Part shown: piece by piece, positions 35,485 to 47,299 of the stretch
How positions within the stretch are numbered: the stretch's first letter is position 1
Layout of the letters: every line of letters begins with the position of its first letter
Assembly: GCF_016433145.1 (NCBI RefSeq)
Contig: NC_058132.1
Span: forward strand, 90,411,423 to 90,475,422
Direction of reading: 5' to 3'
DNA from: Gracilinanus agilis
Taxonomy: Eukaryota
DNA: 64,000 bases
Program-made: the position numbers and the translations under genes
Notes under the pieces: model-generated
Told to the model about the DNA's origin: nothing
What the model saw: the letters and a program-made list of their open reading frames with translations, nothing else
Databases searched by the model: none

Positions 35485-38400
35485 ATGTTGGCAAATACAC
35501 AACTAATATTTATAACTCTGAATGTGAATGGGATGAACTCGCTCAAAAAACAGAAGCAAATAGCAGAGTGGATTAGAAACCAAAAATCCTACCACATGTT
35601 GTCTACAAGAAACACATATGAGGAGAGTGGACATATATAGGGTTAAGGTAAAGGGCTTAAGCAAAATCCTTTGGGCCTCAAATGAGAAAAAGAAGGAAGG
35701 AGTGGCAATTATGATTTCTGACAAAACCAAAGTCAAAATAGATATGATTTAAAAAGACAGGGAAGGTCATTACATCCTGATTAAAGGCAGTATAGACAAT
35801 GAGGAAATAAAATTGCTCAATATGTATGCACCAAATGGCATAGCAACAAGATTTATAAAGGAGAAACTGGCAGATCTCAAGAAGGAAATAGATAATAAAA
35901 CCATACTAGTGGGAGAGCTAAATATTCCTCTTTCAGATCTAGATAAATCAAACCAAAAAATAAATAAGAAAGAACTCAGAGAGATGAATGAAGTCCTAGA
36001 GAAATTAGATTTAATAGATATGTGGAGAAAAATAAATAGGGGCAAAAAGGAATACAACTTCTTTTCAGCTGCACATGGCACATTCACAAAGATTGACCAT
36101 ATAATAGGGCATAGAAACATTGCAAACAAATGCAAAAGAGCAGAAATAATAAATGTAACCTTCTCAGATCATAATGCAATAAAAATAATAATTAGTAAAG
36201 GCACCTGGACAGGAAAATCAAAAACTAATTGGAAATTAAATAATATGATTCTCCAAAATCAGCTAGTCAAAGAAGAAATCATAGAAACAATCAACAATTT
36301 CATTGAAGAGAATGACAATGATAAGACATCCTACCAAACTCTTTGGGATGCAGCTAAGTCAGTACTCAGGGGAAATTTATATCCTTGAGTGCATATATTA
36401 ACAAATTAAGGGGAGCAGAGATTAATGAATTGGGCATGCAACTTAAAAAATTAGAAAGAGAACAAATTAAAATCCCCAGATGAAAACTAAATTAGAAATA
36501 CTAAAAATCAAGGGAGAAATTAATAAACTCGAAAGTAAAAGAACTATTGAATTAATAAATAAGACTAGAAGCTGGTATTTTGAAAAAACAGATAAAATAG
36601 ACAAAGTACTGGTCAATCTAATAAAAAAATGAAAGAAGAAAACTAAATTGACAGTATCAAAGATGAAAAGGGAGACCTCACCTCTAATGAAGAGGAAATT
36701 AAGGCAATCATTAAAAACTATTTTGCCCAATTATATTGCAATAAATATAGTAATCTAGGAGATATGGATGAATATTTACAAAAATACAAATTGCCTAGAT
36801 TAACAGCAGAAGAAGTATAATACCTAAATAATCCCATATCAGAAAAAGAAATTGAACAAGCCATCAAAGAACTCCCTAAGAAAAAATCGCCAGGGCCTGA
36901 TACATTCACAAGTGAATTCTATCAGACATTCAAAGAGCAATTAATCCCAATACTATACAAATTATTTGATATAATAAGCAAAGAAGGAGTCCTACCAAAT
37001 TCCTTTTATGACACAAATATGGTACTGATTCCAAAGCCAGGGAGATCAAAAACAGAGAAAGAAAACTACAGACCAATCTCCCTAATGAACATAGATGCAA
37101 AAATCTTAAATAGAATACTAGGAAAGAGACTCCTGCAAGTGATCAAGAGGATCATCCACCATGAACAGGGGGGATTTATACCAGGAATGCAAGGATGGTT
37201 CAACATTAGCAAAACCATCCACATAATTAACCATATCAACAATCTAACAAACAAAAATCACATGAATAATTATACATGCTGAAAAAGCCTTTGACAAAAT
37301 ACAGCACCGATTCCTATTGAAAACCCTGGAAAGTATAGGAATAGAAGGACCTTTCCTAAAAATAATATACAGTATATACCTAAAAACCATCAACAAGCAT
37401 CATATGCAATGGGGATAAATTAGAAGCCTTTCCAATAAGATCAGGAGTGAAACAAGGATGCCCATTATCACCTCTATTATTTAACACTGTACTAGAAACA
37501 CTAGCAGAAGCAATTAGAGAAGAAAAAGAAATTGAAGCATCAAAATAGGCAATGAGGAGACTAAGCTATCACTCTTTACAGATGATATGATGGTCTACTT
37601 AAAAAATCCTAGAGAATCAACTAAGAAGCTTGTAGAAATAATCAACAACTTTAGCAAAGTTGCAGGATACGAAATAAATGCACATAAATCATCAGCATTT
37701 CTATATATTTCCAAAACATCACAGCAGCAAGAGGTAGAAAGAGAAACACCATTTAAAATCACCCAAGACAATATAAAATACTTGGGAATCTATCTACCAA
37801 AACAAACACATGAATTATACGAAAACAACTACAAAACACTTTCCAAACAATTAAAACTAGATCTAAACAATTTGAAAAACATTGATTGCTCATGGGTAAG
37901 ATGAGCTAACATAATAAAAATGACCATTCTACCCAAATTAATTTACCTATTTAGTGCCATACCTATCAAGCTACCAAAAAACTTTTTTACTGAATTAGGA
38001 AAAGCTATAACAAAGTTCATTTGGAATAACAAAAGATCAAGAATATCAAGGGAAATAATGAAAAAAATGTGAAGGAAGGGGGCCTAGCAGTACCAGATAT
38101 TAAACTATACTATAAAGCAGCAGTCATCAAAACGGTATGATACTGGCTAAGAGACAGAAGGGAGGATCAGTGGAATAAACTTGGGGTAAGTGACATCAGC
38201 AAGACAGTGTATGATAAGTCCAAAGAGCCCAACTTTTGGGACATGAATCCACTATTTGACAAAAACTGCTGGGAAATTTGGAAAACAATATGGAAGAGAT
38301 TAGGTTTAGATCAACATCTCACACCCTACACCAAGATAAATTCAGAATGGATGAATGACTTGAATATAAAGGAATATAAAGAGGGAAACTATAAATAAGT

Positions 38401-39276
38401 CAAGTGAACATAGAATAGTTTACTTTTCAGATCTCTGGGAAAGGAAAGCTTAAAACCAAGCAAGAGTTAGAGAAAATTACAAACTGTAAAATAAATAATT
38501 TTGATTATATCAAACTAAAAAGCTTTTGTACAAACACAATGTAGTCAAAATCAGAAGGGAAATAACAAATTGGGAAAAAATCTTTATAACAAAAAACTCT
38601 GACAGGGGTCTAATTACTCAAATATACAAGGAGTTAAATCAATTGTATAAAAAATAAAGCCATTCCCCAATTGATAAATGGGCAAGAGACATGAATAGAC
38701 AATTTTCAGATAGAGAAATCAAAAGTATCAATAAGCACATGAAAAAGTGTTCTAAATCTCTAATAATTAGAGAAATGCAAATCAAAACAACTCTGAGGTA
38801 TCACCTCACACCTAGCAGATTGGCTAAAATGAAAGAAGGGGAGAGTAATGAATGCTGGGGGGGATGTTGCAAAACTGGGACATTAATGCATTGCTGGTGG
38901 AGTTGTGAACTGATCATTCTGGCTGGCAATTTGGAACTATGCTCAAAGGGCTATAAAAGAATTCCTGCCCTTTGGTCCAGCCATACCATTGTTGAGTTTG
39001 TACCCCAAAGAGATCATAGATAAACAGACTTGTATGAAAATATTTATAGTCATGCTTTTTGTGGTGGTAAAAAACTGGAAAATGAGGGTATGTCCTTCAA
39101 TTGGGGAATGGCTGAACAAACTGTGGTATATGCTGGTGATGGAATACTATTGTGCTCAAAGGAATAATAAACTGGAGGAATTCCACGTTAACTGGAAAGA
39201 CCTCCAGGAACTGATGCAGAGTGAAAGGAGCAGAGCCAAAAGAACATTGTACTCAGAGACTGATAAACTGTGGTAA
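35485..39276 (+). pseudogene. L1 ORF2p (endonuclease/reverse transcriptase), disrupted
   Basis: ITLNVNG start, YAPN, SDH (EN); [27 protein letters not shown] (RT); Cys-rich C-terminus; broken into many short ORFs. Confidence 0.95.
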
Positions 39277-39637
39277 AATCGAATGTAATGGACTTCTGTA
39301 CTAGGAGCAATGCAATGACCCAGGACAATTCTGAGGGACTTATGGAAAAGAACACTACCCACATTCAGAGGAAGAACTACAGAAGTAGAAACAAAAGAAA
39401 AACAACTGCTTGAACACATGGGTTGAGCCGGACATGATTGGGGATGTAGACTTGAAACTACCACACCAATGCAACTGACAACAATTTGGAAATAAGTCTT
39501 GATCAATGGCACATCTTAAAACCAGGGGAAATATGCATCAGCCAAGGGGGTGAAGGGGAAAGTAAGAGCATGAATTATGTAACCATATTAACTTTTCTAA
39601 AAAATAAATATTAATAAATGTTTAAAAAAAAAGATTG

Positions 39638-40353
39638 TTGGAATTATGTCCAAAGAGCGATAAAAGAATGCCTGCCCTTTGATTCAGCCTTACCATTGCT
39701 GGGATTGTACCCCAAAGAGATCATAGATAAACAGACTTGCACAAAAATATTTATAGCTGCACTCTTTGTGGTGGCAAAAAACTGGAAAGCAAGGGTATGC
39801 CCTTCAATTGGGGAATGGCTGAACAAATTGTGGTATATGTTGGTGATGGAATACTATTGTGCTCAAAGGAATAATAAACTGGAGGAATTCCATGTGAACT
39901 GGAATGACCTCCAGGAATTGATGCAGAGTGAAAGGAGCAGAGCCAGAAGAACATTGTACACAGAGACTGATATATTGTGGTAAAATCGAATGTAATGTAC
40001 GTCTGTACTAGCAGCAATGCAATGACCCAGGACAATTCTGAGGGATTTATGGAAAGGAACACTACCCACATTCAGAGGAAGAACAACAGGAGTAGAAACA
40101 CAGAAGAAAAACAACTGCTTGGACACTTGGGTGGATGAGGACATGATTGGGGATGTAGACCTGAAAAGACCACACCCGTGTAACTATCAATAATGTGTAA
40201 ATAAGTCTTGACTGACTACACATAATAAAACCAGTGGAAATGCGAATTAGCTACAGTGGAGAGGGGCGGGGGGTTCAGGGGGTGAAAGGGGGCGTAAAAA
40301 CATGACTTACGTAACCATGGAAAATTTTTCTAAAAATAAAAAATTATATATTC
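39638..40353 (+). mobile_element. Second, 5'-truncated L1 inserted into the poly-A tail of the full-length L1
   Basis: ORF 39618-39983 repeats the ORF2 C-terminus; TSD aaaaaaaagattg at 39625-39637 and 40354-40366. Confidence 0.93.
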
Positions 40354-40372
40354 AAAAAAAAGATTGAATGTA

Positions 40373-40565
40373 GGGGCATTTAGATAACTCAGTGGAAAGA
40401 AAGCCTGGCCTAGTCAAGAGGTTCTGGTTTCAAATTTGACTTCAGACACTTCTTGTTGTGTGACCCAGGGCAAATCACTTCACTCCAAATATCTAGACCT
40501 TATTTCACTTGTGCCTTGAAACCAGTACTTAGTATTGATTCTAAAATAGAAAGGAGTAAGAAAAA
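40373..40565 (+). mobile_element. SINE1_Mdo-type SINE with 13-bp degenerate TSD
   Basis: ggggcatttagataactcagtgga...ttcaaatttgacttcagacac...; TSD aagattgaatgta (40360-40372) and aagatggaatcta (40566-40578). Confidence 0.85.
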
Positions 40566-40659
40566 AAGATGGAATCTAGTTTTGAGTGTGTGCACAGATA
40601 CAAAGCAAATATGCATTTTATTGGAAACAGAGAAGGTGCAATATTCCCACCTTCTTTAG

Positions 40660-40890
40660 ACCCTAAAGAAGCATTTGTTAAGCAGTACCATGTGCCAGGG
40701 ACTGTTCTAGAAATTTTATAAATATGATGTCATTTGATCGTCATAACAGTCCTACAAGGTAGGAGTTGTGTTAGCCTCCTTTTGCAATCGAGGAAACTGA
40801 GATAGAGGTTAAATAACTGGTTCAAGGTTAGATAGCTGGTAAGTGTCTGAGTTTGCATCTGAACTTAGGACTTCCTGACTCCAGTTCAGT
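40660..40890 (-). mobile_element. MIR/MAR-type SINE
   Basis: cctttttgcaatcgaggaaactgagatagaggttaaataactggttcaaggttagatagctggtaagtgtctgag. Confidence 0.7.
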
Positions 40891-42469
40891 GTTCTGTCAT
40901 CCCCAGTCTTCCAGGTGGGCAACGTGAGTCATACTAGACTACTCATTATTCCTTACCCATCACATCCAATCCATTGCTAGAACTGTGGAGTTGAGCTTTT
41001 AAACATCTCTTAAATATGTCCCCTTCCTTCTCTTCTCTGATACTTTTGCTACTCTGGTGCAGACCCTTATAACTTCCCAAATCAGTTATGGTAATAGTGT
41101 GTCTGCCTCTTAGGAGAAACCCACATACTAATTATCAGGTAGTATACTGTTTGAAAAGCTTTTTTATGGCATTCAAACTGGTTTTCAAAAATAAAAATAA
41201 GGAACTATGGAATGGTCACCAGTTTTTTTCAAAGGAAAGATTAAGTTTATAGACATTAGCCATTTTGAAGGACCCTGGTCTATGTCCTAAAGGTCATTGT
41301 AACTAGAGCAAAAATAATTCTTAGTAGAGAAAAAATATCTTTCTACCAAATCTCTATGTAAAAGAACCACTACCACTCCAAGAATGTTACTGACCATATG
41401 ACTGAGGCAAAGGTAGTTGGTTTTCTAAAAGAATTATTAAAATAATGTATACAAAAGCATTATTGCAGAGATTTACCTAAAATCAAAGACTTTAAATCAA
41501 GTTAGATATTGTAAACAGAGAATCTCCACAGGCACAAGGACAGTGAATCTATGCCTAACACCTATTTAGAAGTCCATTGAAGCCACATCTGGTGGATACT
41601 CCAAATTTCAAAGAGCAATGTCTAGCAGATTAGTGTACAATAGAACAATATCCAGGGGTACTTCATACAAAGGAGATAAAAGCCAGCAGCAGCAGCATTA
41701 TACTATCATAAGAAAACATCATGAGACCTAGAGAGTTGAGGTAATTATTTGCCTTAACATATGCACCGTGGTCATATAGGTTCCCTATAAATGTGTCTCT
41801 CTAAGAACGTTCCTGGCGTATGTCAATTCATTACAATATTGTTGCATGTGTTTGGTAGATTATGCCCCAGGTTTGTGATGAATATGCTATCATTATTTTT
41901 ATTATTGAATTCTTTCAAGTGATTTTGCTTTGAATTTAGTTTGTCCTCTGAGTGATTATTAAAAGTAAATACCTTTGAGGGTATTTTGAGGGTAATACCT
42001 TGTCCCATTGTTAGATCTCATGAGCTATAGTTTTAGTGACTGCAAACCCATAAGTACCCTGAACATGAAACAACCACCTTTAGGGGACCTACCATTATTT
42101 AGGAGTGTGCTTCCAGGTACTACACAAATAATTGTTGATTGTAACTGTCAAAAGGGAAAAGATGCCAAGTAGGTGAATTATTAACCATTTTGCACTGCTT
42201 TCTCTTCATTTTTCTTCCTATGGAGAGACTTTTGATGTCATTCTTCACCTTTTTTTTCAAGTAGGAAGAAATGACCCCCTATTTTTGTATTCAATAAGCT
42301 GCCAAATCCTCGGATTCTACTGTTCCTTTTCTCTGTATATCTCTCCTTTCTTGTTTCTTTCTCTTTCTTATCATCAATTTTCTTTCTTATGACCACCTAT
42401 TGCCTTCTTTCTTGAATCATAGGAACATGCTGAGTTCTGTACCTTATTTAGGAATGTCACTGATATATT

Positions 42470-42652
42470 TTTTTTTAAACCCTTGTACTTCGGTGTATTG
42501 TCTCATAGGTGGAAGATTGGTAAGGGTGGGCAATGGGGGTCAAGTGACTTGCCCAGGGTCACACAGCTGGGAAGTGGATGAGGCCGGGTTTGAACCTAGG
42601 ACCTCCTGTCTCTAGGCCTGACTCTCACTCCACTGAGCTACCCAGCTGCCCC
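42470..42652 (-). mobile_element. SINE1_Mdo-type SINE (short-tail variant) with ~12-bp TSD
   Basis: Near-consensus sequence; TSD tcactgatatat at 42457-42468 and 42653-42664. Confidence 0.92.
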
Positions 42653-42667
42653 TCACTGATATATATT

Positions 42668-43030
42668 TTGAAATTTATTTACTTTTTTGTTACACTAAAA
42701 TACCCAGGTAACTTCCTCCTACTCTTGCCCACTCCTACTAGGGAAGGTATCTTTTGATGAAAAGATATATGTATATGTAAAACTATGTCTTACTTATTTT
42801 TATTTCTCAGTTCTTTTTTTGGAAGTAGACATACACAACTCATTCTTCAAACAATATTTCTGTTGCTATATATATTCTCTTGGTTCTGCTTATTTCATTC
42901 TTCATATTCTCATATAGATCTTTTTGTTTTTAAAAAACTAATCTGCTTGTCATTTCTTACAGTGCAGTGGTATTCCATCACAATCATATACTATAACTTG
43001 CTTAGTAATTCACTCAATTGACAAATTCAC
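42668..43030 (-). mobile_element. Old L1 3' end fragment
   Basis: gtggtattccatcacaatcatatactataacttgcttag is the antisense of the L1 ORF2 end/3'UTR. Confidence 0.65.
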
Positions 43031-43049
43031 TGATAAATTGAAGAACAGT

Positions 43050-43472
43050 GGGGTAGCTAGGTGACTTAGAACAGGGGTCAGCAACCTTTTTGGCTATGAG
43101 AGCCATAAATGCCACATATTTTAAAATGTAATTTCATGAGAGCCGTACAGTGCTCACAGTGCCGCTCCTGTAACAGTGCCTGAAAAAAAATGGACTTTAT
43201 GGCTCCTGTAGAAAGAGCCATATCTGGCCCTCAAAAGAGCCAGATATGGCTTGAGAGCCATACGTTGCCAACCCCTGACTTCGAGGATGGAGAACCAAGC
43301 CTCCAAAGAGGAGGTCCTGGGTTCAAATTTGACTTTAGATACTTCCTGGCTGTGTGACCCTGGGAAAATTACTTAACTCCAGTTGCCTATCCCTTACCAC
43401 ACTTCTGCCTTGAAATCAATACTTAGCATTGATTATGAGAAGGAAGGTAAGTGGTTTTGTTTTTTTTTTAAA
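43050..43472 (+). mobile_element. SINE1_Mdo-type SINE, split by a hAT MITE
   Basis: Head ggggtagctaggtg at 43050; body resumes gatggagaaccaagcct...ggttcaaatttg at ~43286. Confidence 0.85.
43072..43277. mobile_element. hAT-superfamily MITE (206 bp)
   Basis: TIRs caggggtcagcaac / gttgccaacccctg (12/14); 8-bp TSD acttagaa / acttcgag. Confidence 0.92.
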
Positions 43473-43812
43473 CTGAAGAGTGGTCAAGGAATCTAGGATG
43501 ATGAAGGACCTTGAATTCATTTCACATCAAAATCAAGTGAGTAATCTGGGGATGTTTTGACCTAAAGAAGAAAACACTAACAAGAATCACAATAAATGAC
43601 TTTGCACATTTAAGGAACTCTCACTTGAGAGAAACCTTAGATTTCTTTTATTTAGCTCTAAAGGGAATAACCAAGAGCAATGGAGAAAGATATGTGACAA
43701 TGGTCTTCCAGAACTTACTTTTTCATTTTAATTATTTGCAGACATGGTCACATGTTTCCCCCAATGTTTAATAAAAATTCAGTTAAACAAGGAAAATTAA
43801 TATATCCTAAGA

Positions 43813-44016
43813 CAGTGATGAGCAAACTACAGCCTGTGGGCCAGATGTGGCCCCCTAAAATGTTCTATCCAGCCAGGCAACATTATTCCTAATCTGACGA
43901 ATACAATGAGTAAGAAACAATACAATGAAACTTCCAAAGAGTTGCCTTAGAAACAGGTTGACAGATGAGCATTTCCTTTCCTTTGGCCCCCTCTTTAAAA
44001 AGTTTGCCCATCACTG
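43813..44016. mobile_element. hAT-superfamily MITE (204 bp), second family
   Basis: TIRs cagtgatgagcaaact / agtttgcccatcactg (15/16); 8-bp TSD tcctaaga / ccctaaga. Confidence 0.93.
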
Positions 44017-44094
44017 CCCTAAGAACAGAGACCATCCTTTTCTTATGTTCATGTGCCTGTAGATGTTGTCTTAGTAATGATTCAAAGGTTTAGA

Positions 44095-45730
44095 GATCAG
44101 TCAATCATTCATTGAGTATTTATTAAATATCTACTTTTTTGCTAAGTGGGTAGCTAAGTGGCACAATGGATAGAGTGCTGGGCCTGAAGTCAGGAAGATT
44201 CATAAAACAGAGGAAATCAATCTTCCACATTTATTCAGCACTATGTACCAGACTTGATGCTAAGTTCTGAGGATACAATGAAAAAATATTTTTTTCCTGT
44301 GTTCCTGTGTTCAAGGAGATTACAATCTAATGAGGGAAATTGTATTTACATATATGGGTACATATAAGATATATACAAAGTAGATTCAAGGCAGCATTAA
44401 AGAAGAAGATTCCAGAAGTTAGTGGTATTGGGAAAGGACTCTTAGAGAAGTTCATACTTTGGTTGAATCTTGAAAGAAGCTATGGATTCTAACAGGCAGA
44501 GTAGGGAAGGAAAAATTCCAGGAATGGAAATGAACGATATAAAGAAATATAACAATATAAAGAAAGAAATGAACAGTATAAAGGTATGGAAAGAAGAGAA
44601 AGCATTCTGTGTGAGGAACAGCACCTAGGGACAATATATCTGGAGGGTGGATTACAGAAAGTAGAGTAATGTATAAGAAAATTTGAATACTAGAAAGGTG
44701 CAAGGTGGTAAAGAGCTTTAAATGCCACACAGAAGTAATCTTAGAGGTAATAGGAATCCAGTGGAATTTACTGAGTGGAAGGAAGGGTAGCATTGACATT
44801 GTCAAGGCTGGTGTTTTGGGGAAATCATTATGTTGACTGTGGAAGGGACAGATTGGAGTAATGAGAGACCTGAATCAGGGAAGCATATTAGGAATACTTT
44901 AATGGTCCAGGAGAAAAGTGATTAAAGCTTAGAACTAGGGTGACTTTTATGCAAGAGGAGAGAAAGAAATGTATGCAAGATATTGTAGAGATAGAGATGA
45001 CTAAGAGGTATACAAAATAAATTCAAAGTAATTGAGGTTAAAGGGAAGCAATAGCAGTTAGAAAAGATTTAGGAAAGGATTCTTGTATAAAATAGTTTTT
45101 GAGCTGATCTTTGGAGGAAACAAAGGATTCTATGAAGTGGAGATGAAGGCATGCAAAATATGAATGGGGAACAGCCAATAAAAAGACATGGAGACAGGAC
45201 AAATAATATCCTGTATGAAGAATAGCAAGCAAGCTCATTTGGCTATACTGGAGGGTGAAGGGGAGTTCTTATTGTCCCCACAACTAGATTGTAATTCGTT
45301 AGATAGAGCAGTGACTGGCTTTTGCCTTTCTTTGAGGTCACAGTGCTTTCTTTACCCAGTGCTTGTGACACACTGGATGCTTAATAAATGCTTATTGACT
45401 AAATGATTAATTATGAAAAATAAGAAAAGACAAGCTGGAACCAGGTTTTTTAATATCTTTAAATGTACATTAGAAGAATTTATAATTTATTCTAGAGGTA
45501 ACAAAAAGCCAGTAGAGTTCATTGAGCAGGAAAGTAGGATGGACAGAATTGAGTGTTGGGAAAATCACTTTGACATCCAAGTGAAGGATGGATTAGAGAA
45601 GATAGCTTCTTCAGTCAGGGAGATTACCAAGGAGGCAATCGCAATAATCTAGGGAAGGAAATATATGAATGATATTATGGAGGTAGATATCAACAATATT
45701 TAGCAACTAGCTGAACATGTGATGTTAGGG
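44095..45730 (-). mobile_element. L2 fragments with embedded SINE/L2 pieces
   Basis: Antisense L2 3' end tcaatcattcattgagtatttattaaat and L2 ORF2 landmarks (aagagctttaaatgccacacagaag). Confidence 0.65.
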
Positions 45731-46604
45731 AGAATGAGAAAAAGATTGAGGTCTGTGCTTGGAGCTAGAACAACATAAAAGCTTCATGTAATAAAGGAAA
45801 TGAGAAATTGTCTAGAAATCAAAAAATTCAAGTTCTGCTCTTAATTCTTTCTTTGACTTCCTCTGTGACTTAGGGCAAGTTAATTCACCTTAAAGGGCAT
45901 TAAGTTCCTCCATCATAAAGGGGTAATAACAATCTTAATCTTCATTGGCTTACAGGACTCGTGAAACAAGAAAAATGAAAAAAAATTCTTAGGAATAAAT
46001 CTCATAACCTAAAAGTGAAAGAATTTATCAGTTACGATTTTTCCATCTGGGTCTCTTGGGGCTTGTTTTGTATAATTATTCCCCAGGCAGTAAACTAGTC
46101 TAGTAGAACTTAGTGGCCCTGGGGGAGGGACTAAAAGAGAGATATTACAAATACCTCATGACCTTCAATCAGTCAGTGTGAATGATATGTTTATGCCATT
46201 TTTTTCCTCGTGAGCAAGCTCTCTATACTTAGCTATAGGCTCTAGGTAAGGTCTGTGGGGAGTATGGGAGGTAGCAAGGGTGATCAATTGAAACTTATGT
46301 AATCAGATTTTTTGATTGTTTACAAACATGAATATCAAAGTTCTCTAAGATAATATCAAGGGTTGACATGGTAAGGAAAACCATTTTAGTAAGGTTATCA
46401 ACTCATTGAGAAGATTAGAAGATAGTCTTGGAGGTGTGTTGATGACAAGAGTAGAGACACTGTGGCACAAGGAGTAGCAGCTACAGATAGCCCAAAAGAG
46501 GAAAGACTACTCTGGAACTATAGTGGGGACCAAAGAGAATAGCTATCCTCCTCCTAGTCTGGTGAATATGAGATGCCATCTAATGTAGAACATTGCAAGA
46601 CTGG

Positions 46605-46815
46605 GTGGATCAGAGAATAGTGTTGGAGTTGGAGAGAGAAAGATCTAAGTTTGACTCCTGCCTCAGCCTCTTACTAGCTCTATGATGCTGGGTAGGTCAC
46701 TTAAACCCTCTTAGTCTCAGTTTCCTCACCTGTAACTCTCTTAGAGTTGTTGGAATCAAATGAAATAGCTTGTCAAGTACTTCCCAAACCATATAGTACT
46801 ATATAAATGTAAGCT
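46605..46815 (+). mobile_element. MIR SINE
   Basis: gtcacttaaaccctcttagtctcagtttcctcacctgtaa core with head and tail. Confidence 0.7.
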
Positions 46816-47161
46816 ATTCCAAGAGAAATGTAATCCTTTTGAAGGGTCAGCTTTTAGTTTCAGTGGAGGAAGAAGGAATGTTGATTGTGAAGTTCAATGT
46901 TTCAGGGCAATTTGTTCACAATATAACAAGGATTCTAAGGAACATCTATCTGTCTACCCACCTGGGTCGTTATGACCAAGCGATCTGTAAGCTTTAACAT
47001 ACTATAACAATGTAAGTTACTCCAGTTATTATTATCATTATTGCATAAGATATAAGGTCTGTAAGAATGAAATTTTAATGTTAAAAATGTAGCTATTCTA
47101 ATGAGGATAAAAAGGAGACCTTATAAAAAGAGATTGAGGTAAATGTACCAGGACATTATTA

Positions 47162-47217
47162 ATAAATTTAGCTTTCTAAAAGATATATGCATATATATTT
47201 TAGAAAGCTAAATTTAT
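47162..47217. repeat. 56-bp near-perfect palindrome followed by (TA)n
   Basis: ataaatttagctttctaaaa-gatatatgcatatata-ttttagaaagctaaatttat; 27 of 28 pairs complementary. Confidence 0.97.
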
Positions 47218-47299
47218 ATATATATATATACATATATTTATTTATTTATATTTGTATGAATTATGATAGAAACAAGATCAAGAGAAGGATGAATTCAAA

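Larger units (their letters stand above)
32971..39632 (+). mobile_element. Full-length, inactivated marsupial L1 (~6.7 kb)
   Basis: 5'UTR from 32971, ORF1, ~700-bp spacer, ORF2 (EN-RT-Cys), 3'UTR, poly-A; 17-bp TSD aagattgaatgtagggg at 32954-32970 and 40360-40376. Confidence 0.97.
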
